A DNA stretch of 64,000 nucleotides from an uncultured Verrucomicrobiota bacterium (GCA_903953565.1 CAJBKE010000033.1:51210-115209); one strand, 5' to 3'; positions 28,446-36,764 are shown, counted from the first letter of the stretch. A program made the numbers and translations. Notes: generated by a model not told the origin, from the sequence alone.

Positions 28446-30038
28446 ATGACCACCGTCGCTGAAAACCATCCACCCGCACCCGACGCCTCGCGTGTTTCCG
28501 CCCTCGCTTTTTTCGCCGCGCTGGCCGCGGTGTGGGGGTGGCTCTTTTTCATCCTCAGCGGTGAATGGGAAGCCAACGAGCAATACTCGCACGGATGGTT
28601 TATCCCGTTCCTCGCGGGATGGATTTTGTGGCAACGCTGGACTACGCGCCCGTCGGCCGCACCGGCGCGTGGCCTCATGCTGATCGCCAGTTGGCTCGTC
28701 CTTTTCGCCCTCGTTGTTCCGTCTGCCCTCGGCATCCTCATCGCCGGAGCCTATCCCGACTGGCGTGTCGTCCTGTGGGGCCTTGGTGCCGCTGCTTTTG
28801 CCGCGAGCGTGGCCCTCACCGCGATCGCCGGTGGCTGGCCATGGGTGCGGCATTTGTCCTTCGCCTACTTCTTTGCCTTGGTCGCCATTCCCTGGCCAAG
28901 TCAGCCGGAGCGCTGGCTCACGCAGGAACTCAGTTTGCTCGCCGCGCAGATCGCCGCGTGGGTCTTGCCTCTCTTGGGAATTGCCGCCATGTGCCATGGC
29001 ACGACGATCGACGTCGGTAGCGACGTGCTTGGGGTGGACGATGCTTGCAGTGGCATCCGTTCCTTCCAGTCGAGCATCATGGCCGCGCTTTTCCTCGGCG
29101 AACTCTATGCTCTGCGCTGGGGATACCGTATCTCGCTCGTTGTTCTGGGGCTTTTTGCCGCATACGCCTTCAACATCATCCGCATGCTGGTGCTATCCAT
29201 CGCCGTGGCCAACGGCGGTGTCGATGCGCTGGACAAACTCCATGATCCTGCCGGGTTCGCCATTCTCATCGCGACGATGGGCGTGCTTTGGCTCCTCTGT
29301 TGGGTTTTCCAGAAAATCCCCGGATCGCAGCAAGCGCTGGCGACCGCGAAAATGCAGTCGGGGATCGGACACATCGCCAAAACGCCCGCCTTTGCCTGTG
29401 TTGCCGCAGTGGTGGCTATGGTGCTGATGGCCGGGGCATCGGAAGGATGGTATTGGTTGAAAAACAAAGATGCGGTGCGTGCTCCGGCTTGGACCATCGC
29501 CGCTGCGGATTCGGGCAGCGGGCTGGCCGACGAAGAACTCGACGAGCGCGTGAAAGAGATGCTGCGGTTCGATCGTGGCTTCCAGCGCAGTTGGCGGGAC
29601 GAGGGTGGGCGTCAGTGGCACATGATCTTCACCGAGTGGGAACCGAAGCGGATGAGCCTGCACTACGCGCAGCCGCACTTGCCCGAGCAGTGTCAGCGCA
29701 TGATCGGACGCGAGATCGTCTCCAAATCCGAGCTCCGCAAAACCGAAGCCAATGGTGTCACCATCGCCTACAACGTCTACAAGATCCGCGCTGGTGCCGA
29801 TGAGTTCTACCTCATGTATGTGGTCAACGATGATCGCGTGAGCGGAAAGGAGGTCACGGTCGAGCGTGCTCTTCCCTCCAACCGCATGAAGGCCGTTATG
29901 GCTGGCCGCCGCAATATGGGTCAGCGGTCGATGCAGCTTGCATTGGTCGGAGAGCCCGATGCCGCGATCGCCGAGCAAGCCATGCTTGAGCTGCTCCCGC
30001 AACTCGTCGTCCCCGCGAGTAGTGCGCAGGACAAGTAG
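28446..30038 (+). CDS. Exosortase fused to an EpsI-family domain (copy 2, divergent paralog)
   Basis: 530 aa. GEWEANEQYSHGWFIP, DDACSGIRSFQ, FNIIRMLVL, LHDPAGFA. The C-terminal EpsI-like domain has PHLPEQCQ. Confidence 0.9.
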   Translation: MTTVAENHPPAPDASRVSALAFFAALAAVWGWLFFILSGEWEANEQYSHGWFIPFLAGWILWQRWTTRPSAAPARGLMLIASWLVLFALVVPSALGILIAGAYPDWRVVLWGLGAAAFAASVALTAIAGGWPWVRHLSFAYFFALVAIPWPSQPERWLTQELSLLAAQIAAWVLPLLGIAAMCHGTTIDVGSDVLGVDDACSGIRSFQSSIMAALFLGELYALRWGYRISLVVLGLFAAYAFNIIRMLVLSIAVANGGVDALDKLHDPAGFAILIATMGVLWLLCWVFQKIPGSQQALATAKMQSGIGHIAKTPAFACVAAVVAMVLMAGASEGWYWLKNKDAVRAPAWTIAAADSGSGLADEELDERVKEMLRFDRGFQRSWRDEGGRQWHMIFTEWEPKRMSLHYAQPHLPEQCQRMIGREIVSKSELRKTEANGVTIAYNVYKIRAGADEFYLMYVVNDDRVSGKEVTVERALPSNRMKAVMAGRRNMGQRSMQLALVGEPDAAIAEQAMLELLPQLVVPASSAQDK

Positions 30039-30126
30039 CATCTTGCCGATGGTGAAGTTTTAAGTTTGTAAGTCTTAAGTTTTAAGCCTGTCTCCCGTCC
30101 TGCCCTCTGGCTCCTCGCTTTTCTCC

Positions 30127-30152
30127 TTTGCCTTCAGCTATCAGGCCTCAGG
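30127..30152. repeat. Right arm of inverted repeat flanking the exosortase pair
   Basis: TTTGCCTTCAGCTATCAGGCCTCAGG, the reverse complement of the word at 26548-26572. Confidence 0.6.
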
Positions 30153-30279
30153 TCTCCGTCTGTCTCTTCGTCTTTTAAGCTCTTAGTCTTTTCGTCTCTT
30201 TTTCCTGACTCGTCACCAGCCACCCGCCACTCGTCACCGCGGCCTACGGCCGCTCTCTTGCTCCTCGCTCCATGCTCCC

Positions 30280-32103
30280 ATGCACCTCCTCGGCATATCC
30301 GCCTTCTACCATGACAGCGCGGCGGCGTTGGTGCGGGATGGGGAGATTGTTGCCGCGGCGCAGGAAGAACGCTTCACGCGGAAAAAACATGATGAACGCT
30401 TTCCGGAAAATGCCGTGCGGTATTGTCTCGAAGCAGCGGGAATCAAGGCCTCGAATCTTGATGCCGTCATCTTCTACGAGAAGCCGCTGCTCAAGTTCGA
30501 GCGTCTTCTCGAGACCTATCTGGCTTTCGCTCCGCGCGGATTGTTCTCCTTCTTCCGCGCCATGCCGCAGTGGTTGCAACAGAAACTGCACTTGCCACGG
30601 GAAATCGACAAAGGACTGGGCGGCGACTACGCGGGGCCGATTTATTTCTGCACGCACCACGAGTCGCACGCCGCCAGCGCGTTTTTCCCGAGCCCGTTTG
30701 ACGAAGCAGCCATCATCACCCTCGACGGGGTGGGGGAGTGGACCACGACCAGTTGGGGTGTGGGCCGCGGCAACAAGATCGAACTTCGCGGCGAAGTCCG
30801 CTTTCCCCATTCGCTCGGGTTGCTCTACAGCGCGTTCACCTATTACTGCGGATTCCGCGTCAATTCCGGCGAATACAAAGTCATGGGCCTCGCGCCCTAC
30901 GGCGAACCGCGCTTTGCCGATCTCATCCGCCAGCATCTGATCGATCTCAAAGACGACGGATCGTTCCGTCTCGACATGGGCTACTTCAATTATTGTCAGG
31001 GTCTCACTATGACGAGTGACCGCTTCCATCGCTTGTTCGGCGGTCCGCCGCGCCATCCGGATAGCGCCCCGACCCAGCGCGACATGGATCTCGCGGCAAG
31101 TATTCAACTGGTCACCGAAGAAGCCATGCTCCATATCGCGCGACACGTGCATGCGAAGACCGGATTGAAAAATCTCTGCCTGGCCGGCGGCGTGGCGCTC
31201 AATTGCGTCGGCAACGGGCGTATCCTGCGCGAAGGGCCTTTCGAAAACATCTGGATCCAACCCGCTGCGGGCGATGCCGGCGGCGCACTCGGGGCGGCGC
31301 TCTGGTGCTGGTATCAACACATGGGCAGCTCGCGCACTCCGCAACCGCGCGACAGTCAGCACGGATCCTATCTCGGTCCGGAATATTCGCCCGCGCAGGT
31401 CCGCGAGGAACTCGATGCCGCGCACGCCGTTTACGAAACCTTCGAGAACACCGAGCAATTGGCCGACGCCATCGCCGCCGAGTTGGTCGACGGAAAAATC
31501 GTGGGCCACTTCGCCGGCCGCGCCGAGTTCGGTCCGCGCGCACTTGGCCACCGCTCGCTCCTCGGCGATCCTCGTAATCCCGAGACGCAGACCCGCATGA
31601 ATGTGGCCATCAAGTTCCGCGAGTCTTTCCGTCCGTTTGCGCCCTCGGTCGTGGAGGGCAAACAGTCCGGGTATTTCGATCTCACTGCCGAAAGTCCCTA
31701 CATGTTGCTCGTCGCTCCGGTTCGCGAAGACAAGCGCTGCCCGCTCTTACCCGAAGAAGAAAAGCTCACCGGTCTGGCCAAACTCAAAACCGTGCGCAGC
31801 GAATTGCCGGCCGTCACGCACGTCGACTATTCCGCGCGTGTCCAAACCGTGAGCAAGGATCGCTCCCCGCGTTTTCATGCGATCCTCGAAGCCTTCGAAA
31901 AACGCACCGGACGTCCGGTTTTGGTCAACACCAGCTTCAACGTCCGCGGCGAACCCATCGTGCATAGTCCATCCGATGCCTACCGCTGCTTCATGTTCAC
32001 CGACATGGACGTGCTGGTCGTCGAAAACTGCCTCCTACGCAAACCCGCACAACCGCCCATGCCGGGCGCGGAAGAGTATCGCCGCCAGTTCCGTGCGGAC
32101 TGA
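30280..32103 (+). CDS. Carbamoyltransferase (NodU/CmcH family)
   Basis: 607 aa. MHLLGISAFYHDSAAALVRDGEIVAAAQEERFTRKKHD and the C-terminal YrdC-like/Kae1-like organisation are typical of NodU/CmcH. Confidence 0.9.
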   Translation: MHLLGISAFYHDSAAALVRDGEIVAAAQEERFTRKKHDERFPENAVRYCLEAAGIKASNLDAVIFYEKPLLKFERLLETYLAFAPRGLFSFFRAMPQWLQQKLHLPREIDKGLGGDYAGPIYFCTHHESHAASAFFPSPFDEAAIITLDGVGEWTTTSWGVGRGNKIELRGEVRFPHSLGLLYSAFTYYCGFRVNSGEYKVMGLAPYGEPRFADLIRQHLIDLKDDGSFRLDMGYFNYCQGLTMTSDRFHRLFGGPPRHPDSAPTQRDMDLAASIQLVTEEAMLHIARHVHAKTGLKNLCLAGGVALNCVGNGRILREGPFENIWIQPAAGDAGGALGAALWCWYQHMGSSRTPQPRDSQHGSYLGPEYSPAQVREELDAAHAVYETFENTEQLADAIAAELVDGKIVGHFAGRAEFGPRALGHRSLLGDPRNPETQTRMNVAIKFRESFRPFAPSVVEGKQSGYFDLTAESPYMLLVAPVREDKRCPLLPEEEKLTGLAKLKTVRSELPAVTHVDYSARVQTVSKDRSPRFHAILEAFEKRTGRPVLVNTSFNVRGEPIVHSPSDAYRCFMFTDMDVLVVENCLLRKPAQPPMPGAEEYRRQFRAD

Positions 32104-32109
32104 TTCACC

Positions 32110-32268
32110 ATGCAAAAAAGACGTTCATTCATCGCCGAATTGTTCGACTTCATCCTGTCGAACAAGGCTTACTTCATCGCCCCGATCATCATTGTTCTCC
32201 TGTTGGTCGGAGTCCTCATTATCCTCGGCGGCACTAAAGCTGCTCCGTTTATTTATACGTTGTTTTAG
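32110..32268 (+). CDS. DUF5989-family small membrane protein
   Basis: 52-aa ORF below the track cutoff: MQKRRSFIAELFDFILSNKAYFIAPIIIVLLLVGVLIILGGTKAAPFIYTLF. It has the characteristic APFIYTLF end and lies after a carbamoyltransferase. Confidence 0.65.
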   Translation: MQKRRSFIAELFDFILSNKAYFIAPIIIVLLLVGVLIILGGTKAAPFIYTLF

Positions 32269-32399
32269 AGAGCGTGGAGCAGGGGGCAGGGAGCGGTGAA
32301 GCAGAGAAGGAAAACCGGAAACTGCCAGTTGAGCCGAGTCTTCGCCTTCACTCTTTTTCGGGCTGAAAACTGCCGACTGAACACTGAAAACTCGGTGTC

Positions 32400-32819
32400 A
32401 TGACGACGATCAACTGGTATCCTTCCTCCCGCGAGATGCGGCAGTGGGCGCTGACCATGGCGCTGGCGCTCGGATTGGTCGGTTCGCTCTTTTACTTCGT
32501 CGACTGGGGGATTTTTTCCGGCGGTCAGGGTTTTGCCAAATTCCTTTGGACTTTCGGTGCGTTTGCTTTTGTAACTGCGATCACAGGAACCAAGCTGGGT
32601 CTGCCGGCCTATTGGGCATGGATGGGATTCGTTTATGTCATCAGTTCGGCCATTACTTACACCGCGCTGACGCTGGTTTATTTCGGCGTGGTCACGCCGC
32701 TGGCTCTGCTTGCGCGTTTGCTCGGCCGTGACCGCTTGCAACTGCGGACGCGCAGACAGTCTACCTATTGGCATACCCTCGAGCCGGCGAAGCAGCACCA
32801 TCCGCAGAGGCAGTTCTGA
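32400..32819 (+). CDS. SxtJ-family membrane protein
   Basis: 139 aa with 3-4 TM helices. Sits in the conserved carbamoyltransferase-DUF5989-SxtJ arrangement. Confidence 0.65.
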   Translation: MTTINWYPSSREMRQWALTMALALGLVGSLFYFVDWGIFSGGQGFAKFLWTFGAFAFVTAITGTKLGLPAYWAWMGFVYVISSAITYTALTLVYFGVVTPLALLARLLGRDRLQLRTRRQSTYWHTLEPAKQHHPQRQF

Positions 32820-32905
32820 GGTTGCAGAGGTGTGGTGAAGACCCATAGGCCAGAGGTAAAAAGTAGCTGCGCAAAAGTGCGAAGGTCGCGTGCGACGCGG
32901 AAGTT

Positions 32906-33154
32906 GTGGGTCATGGCTTTGATGGAAAATCGAGTCCGGTGAAAAAGAAAACCCAGCATGATCCTGAGATATTGCCGGAGTATGACTTCAGCAGGGGCAT
33001 AAGAGGCAAATATTGCGGGCGCTACGCACAGTTTGCTGCTGTGCTCTCCGACTCTCACCCCGAAGCTGGCGCGCAGCGAGCTAACGGCCGAGGCTGGAAG
33101 CCTTTGGACAAGGTGTCCGATGCTCTGCCGCTGCTTGGCGATGAACGGCTATGA
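32906..33154 (+). CDS. Doubtful small ORF with an antitoxin-like EYDFSRGIRGKY motif
   Basis: 82-aa ORF. Only the N-terminal motif resembles small antitoxin-type proteins and there is no partner gene. May be a decayed fragment. Confidence 0.25.
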   Translation: MGHGFDGKSSPVKKKTQHDPEILPEYDFSRGIRGKYCGRYAQFAAVLSDSHPEAGAQRANGRGWKPLDKVSDALPLLGDERL

Positions 33155-33192
33155 AGCGTGGCGAAGTTGAATCCAGCGCTCACAGATAAGCC

Positions 33193-34176
33193 ATGACAGG
33201 CCTACCAGCATCCCAGGCGGCAGACAGAGTAGAGCCACTTTGGTCGGTGATTGTCCCGACCTTCAATTGCGCCGCTTATCTACGGGAAGCGTTGGAGAGT
33301 GTTCTCGGACAGGATCCTGGCCCGGAGGCGATGCACATCGAGGTGGTCGATGATCGGTCGACCAAGGATGACCCGGAAGCTGTTGTGCGGGAGGTCGGCC
33401 GTGGACGTGTGGGCTTCTGGCGCAATTCCGAGAATCTCGGGTCCACGCGCAACTTCAACAACTGCGTGCGCCGGGCCAAAGGGCGCTATGTCCACATCCT
33501 GCATGGCGATGACTTTGTTGCTCCCGGCTTTTACCGCGAACTGACGCGTTTACATGAGGAAAATCCCGAGGCCGGTCTGGTGGCATCACGTGTCATGTAT
33601 GTCGACGAAAAGGGCATACCCAACGGCGGCATCTCGCCGCGTTTGAAGAGCCATGAGAAGGGTTCCCGCGATGCCCGGCCATTTTACTACGACGTTCCGT
33701 TGCAATTTGCCTGTGTCACGGTGAAGCGTTGGGCCTTCGACAAAGTCGGACCTTTCAATGAATCACTCATCCATGCGGCCGACCATGACATGTGGTCGCG
33801 TTTGGTTCACGAGACCGGCAGCGTGGTTTCGCCCTACTGTCTCGCGTCCTACCGTGTATTCGAGGCCAACGAGACCGGGCGATTCCAGCGCACGGGGGAA
33901 AACCTCCGCGATTATCACCGGCTTGGTCTGGAGTTGCAGAAGCGCCATCCGGATTTCGATATGCGGCAATTCATGCGCGGGCGTTGGACTGTTTGGGATT
34001 GGCAGATGCAGCGCTTCCGCGCGACGGTCGACAAAGAGGCCATCGCAGCCAATCTGAAAGTGGCCGATGAAGTCATGCCAGGGGGGGAGCACCAGCGTCG
34101 CTTTGTGGCCGCCAAGATTTCTCGTCAAGTGCAGCGCCGGGTGCACGATGTCCTTCACTGCCTGCTCCGCGTTTAG
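33193..34176 (+). CDS. Glycosyltransferase family 2
   Basis: WSVIVPTFNCAAYLREALESVLGQ ... VVDDRSTKDD ... HGDDF (DxD-like). Confidence 0.85.
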   Translation: MTGLPASQAADRVEPLWSVIVPTFNCAAYLREALESVLGQDPGPEAMHIEVVDDRSTKDDPEAVVREVGRGRVGFWRNSENLGSTRNFNNCVRRAKGRYVHILHGDDFVAPGFYRELTRLHEENPEAGLVASRVMYVDEKGIPNGGISPRLKSHEKGSRDARPFYYDVPLQFACVTVKRWAFDKVGPFNESLIHAADHDMWSRLVHETGSVVSPYCLASYRVFEANETGRFQRTGENLRDYHRLGLELQKRHPDFDMRQFMRGRWTVWDWQMQRFRATVDKEAIAANLKVADEVMPGGEHQRRFVAAKISRQVQRRVHDVLHCLLRV

Positions 34177-34178
34177 CC

Positions 34179-35132
34179 ATGAAAATCTCCGCCATCATCT
34201 GTACGCATAATCCGCGTCCGCACTACTTGCGCCGGGTGCTGGAGGCGCTCGAGCGGCAGACGCTCGCCAAGGCTGAATGGGAACTGCTGCTCATCGATAA
34301 TGCCTCGACGAAGCCGTTGCGCGGGCGCGCGGCGCATGAGGTATTAGGCGAGAGGCCAGCGGATAAAGATCAGACGGCATTTGATTTAAGTTGGCATCCG
34401 CGCGGGCGGATCATCCGTGAAGATAAGGTCGGTTTGACTCATGCGCGTTTGCGGGGCATCGATGAGGCGAGGGGAGAACTCATCGTCTTCATTGATGACG
34501 ATAATGTTTTGGCGCCCGATTATTTCGAGCGCTGCCTGGCTATTTCCGCGAATTGGCCGCAACTCGGCGTGTGGGGTGGGAGCGTCGCCGGCGAGTTTGA
34601 GGTGCCGCCGCCGGAATGGATCAAGCGCTTCCTGGCTGGAATGGTCGTTTATGAAATCGATCGCGACTACTGGTCCAACATGGCGGTGTGGTCCCCGGCT
34701 ATTCCGTTTGGCGCTGGCATGTGCATCCGGTCATCTTTGGCGCGCATCTATGCTGATGGAGTGAAAAATGATCCCATGCGGCAGAGACTTGGAAGGACTG
34801 GTTCAGCGATGACGGCCTCCGAGGATGTCGACCTTGCCTACACCGTGATCGGGGAAGGATTTGGCACCGCGCGTTTCAAGGACCTCAAAATCACGCACCT
34901 CATTCCCAAGGAGCGACTCACCGAGGATTACGTGGTTAGGTTGTTCTCCGGCTTCGAGGTCTCCGGTTTTGCCATGGCAAAGATCCGCGGTGAAAAGCGG
35001 TCGCCGCTCTACGGCGATCTCCGTAGCGAACTGCGATTTTGGAAAAAGTATCTCGAGTCCTCGTCCATCGACCGCAAGATCATGGCGGCAGCGCGGAAGC
35101 AAATGAAGGAGATGGAGAAAGCGGAAGGCTAG
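34179..35132 (+). CDS. Glycosyltransferase family 2 (paralog group with 39705 and 54055)
   Basis: ISAIICTHNPRPHYLRRVLEAL, LLLIDNAST, FIDDDNVLAPDY. Contains a ~51-nt word-repeat insertion relative to its paralogs. Confidence 0.85.
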   Translation: MKISAIICTHNPRPHYLRRVLEALERQTLAKAEWELLLIDNASTKPLRGRAAHEVLGERPADKDQTAFDLSWHPRGRIIREDKVGLTHARLRGIDEARGELIVFIDDDNVLAPDYFERCLAISANWPQLGVWGGSVAGEFEVPPPEWIKRFLAGMVVYEIDRDYWSNMAVWSPAIPFGAGMCIRSSLARIYADGVKNDPMRQRLGRTGSAMTASEDVDLAYTVIGEGFGTARFKDLKITHLIPKERLTEDYVVRLFSGFEVSGFAMAKIRGEKRSPLYGDLRSELRFWKKYLESSSIDRKIMAAARKQMKEMEKAEG

Positions 35133-35295
35133 AGGCGGGAGGCAATAGGCGTAAGCCATGAGGCGCTAGGCGAGAGGCGATAGGTCAAAGACCGGAGATC
35201 AGAGTTCGGAGGTCAGCAACCTGACGTCAGCGGACGGAAGTGAGAGAGCTGAAACAGCAGATTGAACAAAGTAGATTCCAGATAGGAGAGAGACG
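35133..35295. repeat. Purine-rich degenerate word-repeat spacer (TAGGCGAGAGGCGATAGG / CGGAGATCAGAG / CGGAGGTCAG words)
   Basis: T-poor, G>C-skewed spacer. Homologous by eye to the spacer at 55078-55252 and shares words with most spacers between 46.5 and 60.8 kb. Confidence 0.8.
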
Positions 35296-36189
35296 ATGAA
35301 TCCAACCACTATATCCAATGTCCCGTCTTCCGCAGTGGCAGCGCCGTTGCAGGAGCGCATTTATTCGCCGGAGCCGCTGTTGCAGCATCCTTGGAAGATG
35401 CTCAAGGCGATCGCGGCCGACGTCTGGGCGGGCCGAGAGTTGGCGTGGCGTTTGTTTCTGCGCGATCTCCGTGCCGGCACGCGGCAGACCTATCTTGGCT
35501 ACATCTGGCTGTTCCTTCCGCCGTTGGTGGCTTCCTTTACTTTTATTTTCCTGCAGTCGCAGGGAATCACGAACATCGAGGGAACCGGTATCGCTTATCC
35601 CGCCTTTGCCATGATGGGAACGCTCCTTTGGCAGGTCTTCGTCGACGGCATGCAGAGCCCGATCAACTCCTTCAATGGTGCGAAGGCCATGTTGGTGAAG
35701 ATCAACTTTCCGCGCGAGGCCGTGCTCGTCGGTGGTCTTTACATGGTCATTTCCAACACGCTCATCCGCCTCGCGCTGGTTGTCGCCGTGATGCTGTGGT
35801 GGCATGTGCCGGTCAGCGAGACGCTGCTTTTCTTCCCTGTGGCCATGTTGGCTCTTCTGGCTGCCGGCTTTGCCTTAGGGCTTATTCTGCTGCCTATCTC
35901 AAACTTGTATGGCGACGTTGGAAGAGTCATTCCCATGGTCACAAGCTTCTGGATGCTGCTCACCCCGGTGGTATATCCGCCGCAGGGCGAAGGTTTGGCC
36001 GGATGGCTCGCAAAGTGGAATCCGGTTTCGCCGCTCATCATCACCGCGCGCGAGACGCTCACCGCCCAGCCGTTGAGCATGCTGGGGCCGTTCTTCATCG
36101 TCCTCGCCTGCTCGCTCGCTGTGATCTTTCTTGGGTTGGTCGGTTTCCGCATCTCCATGCCGCATTTGATCGCTCGGATGGGCGGCTGA
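35296..36189 (+). CDS. wzm: ABC-2 type polysaccharide export permease
   Basis: 297 aa, 6 TM helices. N-terminal RELAWRLFLRDLRAGTRQTYLGYIWLFLPPL is typical of Wzm/KpsM/TagG. Confidence 0.85.
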   Translation: MNPTTISNVPSSAVAAPLQERIYSPEPLLQHPWKMLKAIAADVWAGRELAWRLFLRDLRAGTRQTYLGYIWLFLPPLVASFTFIFLQSQGITNIEGTGIAYPAFAMMGTLLWQVFVDGMQSPINSFNGAKAMLVKINFPREAVLVGGLYMVISNTLIRLALVVAVMLWWHVPVSETLLFFPVAMLALLAAGFALGLILLPISNLYGDVGRVIPMVTSFWMLLTPVVYPPQGEGLAGWLAKWNPVSPLIITARETLTAQPLSMLGPFFIVLACSLAVIFLGLVGFRISMPHLIARMGG

Positions 36190-36203
36190 GCCGCCCAGCG
36201 GGC

Positions 36204-36337
36204 GATGGGAGATAGAAGATCGCAGATAGTAGATCGGGGGCAGGCGGAGTCTTCAGGAGATTGGAGACAAGAGATGGTAGATCGGCGCCAATCTTCTGCA
36301 TCCCATCTTCCATATCCCAGCTACCATCTTCCAATCC
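36204..36337. repeat. Palindromic AGATGG/CCATCT word element upstream of four-helix-bundle gene 1
   Basis: Purine arm GATGGGAGATAGAAGAT...AGATGGTAGATCGG, then pyrimidine arm CCAATCTTCTGCATCCCATCTTCCATATCCCAGCTACCATCTTCC. About 85% similar to the element inside wzt (36968-37078). Confidence 0.8.
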
Positions 36338-36341
36338 TTCC

Positions 36342-36722
36342 ATGAGTATGAAGTTCGAGGATTTGGAGGCGTGGAGGGAGGCGCGCATGTTGAGCAAAGA
36401 CATCTACGCGCTCACTCGGACCGGCTCACTGTCAAAAGACCTTCGGTTATGCTCGCAGGTTCAAGCCGCAGCCGTATCCGTTATGTCGAACGTTGCCGAG
36501 GGCTTCGAAAGAACGGGCAACCAAGAGAAGTTGCATTTTTACAACATCGCTCGTGCTTCGTGCGGAGAGCTGCGCTCACAGCTTTATATCATCGAAGATG
36601 TTTACACAGAGTTATCAGCAAAAACTTCAGAACTTCGGGAAGGTGCCGAGTCTGTCGGGCGGCTGATCAGCGGCCTCATCGCAAGCACGCGACGGCGTGT
36701 GGCCGGGGCCGCGAAAGAGTAG
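36342..36722 (+). CDS. Four-helix-bundle protein (23S rRNA IVS protein / Avd family), copy 1
   Basis: MSMKFEDLEAWREARMLSKDIY ... QAAAVSVMSNVAEGFER ... FYNIARASCGELRSQL matches the TIGR02436/PF05635 signature. Confidence 0.85.
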   Translation: MSMKFEDLEAWREARMLSKDIYALTRTGSLSKDLRLCSQVQAAAVSVMSNVAEGFERTGNQEKLHFYNIARASCGELRSQLYIIEDVYTELSAKTSELREGAESVGRLISGLIASTRRRVAGAAKE

Positions 36723-36738
36723 ATGGGAGATGGAAGAT
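36721..36738. repeat. Right inverted-repeat arm of cassette 1
   Basis: AGATGGGAGATGGAAGAT is complementary (16/18) to ATCTTCCATATCCCAGCT at 36305-36322. Starts within the ORF stop codon. Confidence 0.65.
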
Positions 36739-36764
36739 CAGAGGTAAAAGATAAAAGAGTCACG

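Noticed and set aside
32906-33154. Toxin-antitoxin module suggested by the EYDFSRGIRGKY motif
   Set aside because: Only a short N-terminal motif matches. The remainder does not resemble the family, and there is no adjacent toxin ORF on either strand. Kept only as a low-confidence ORF.
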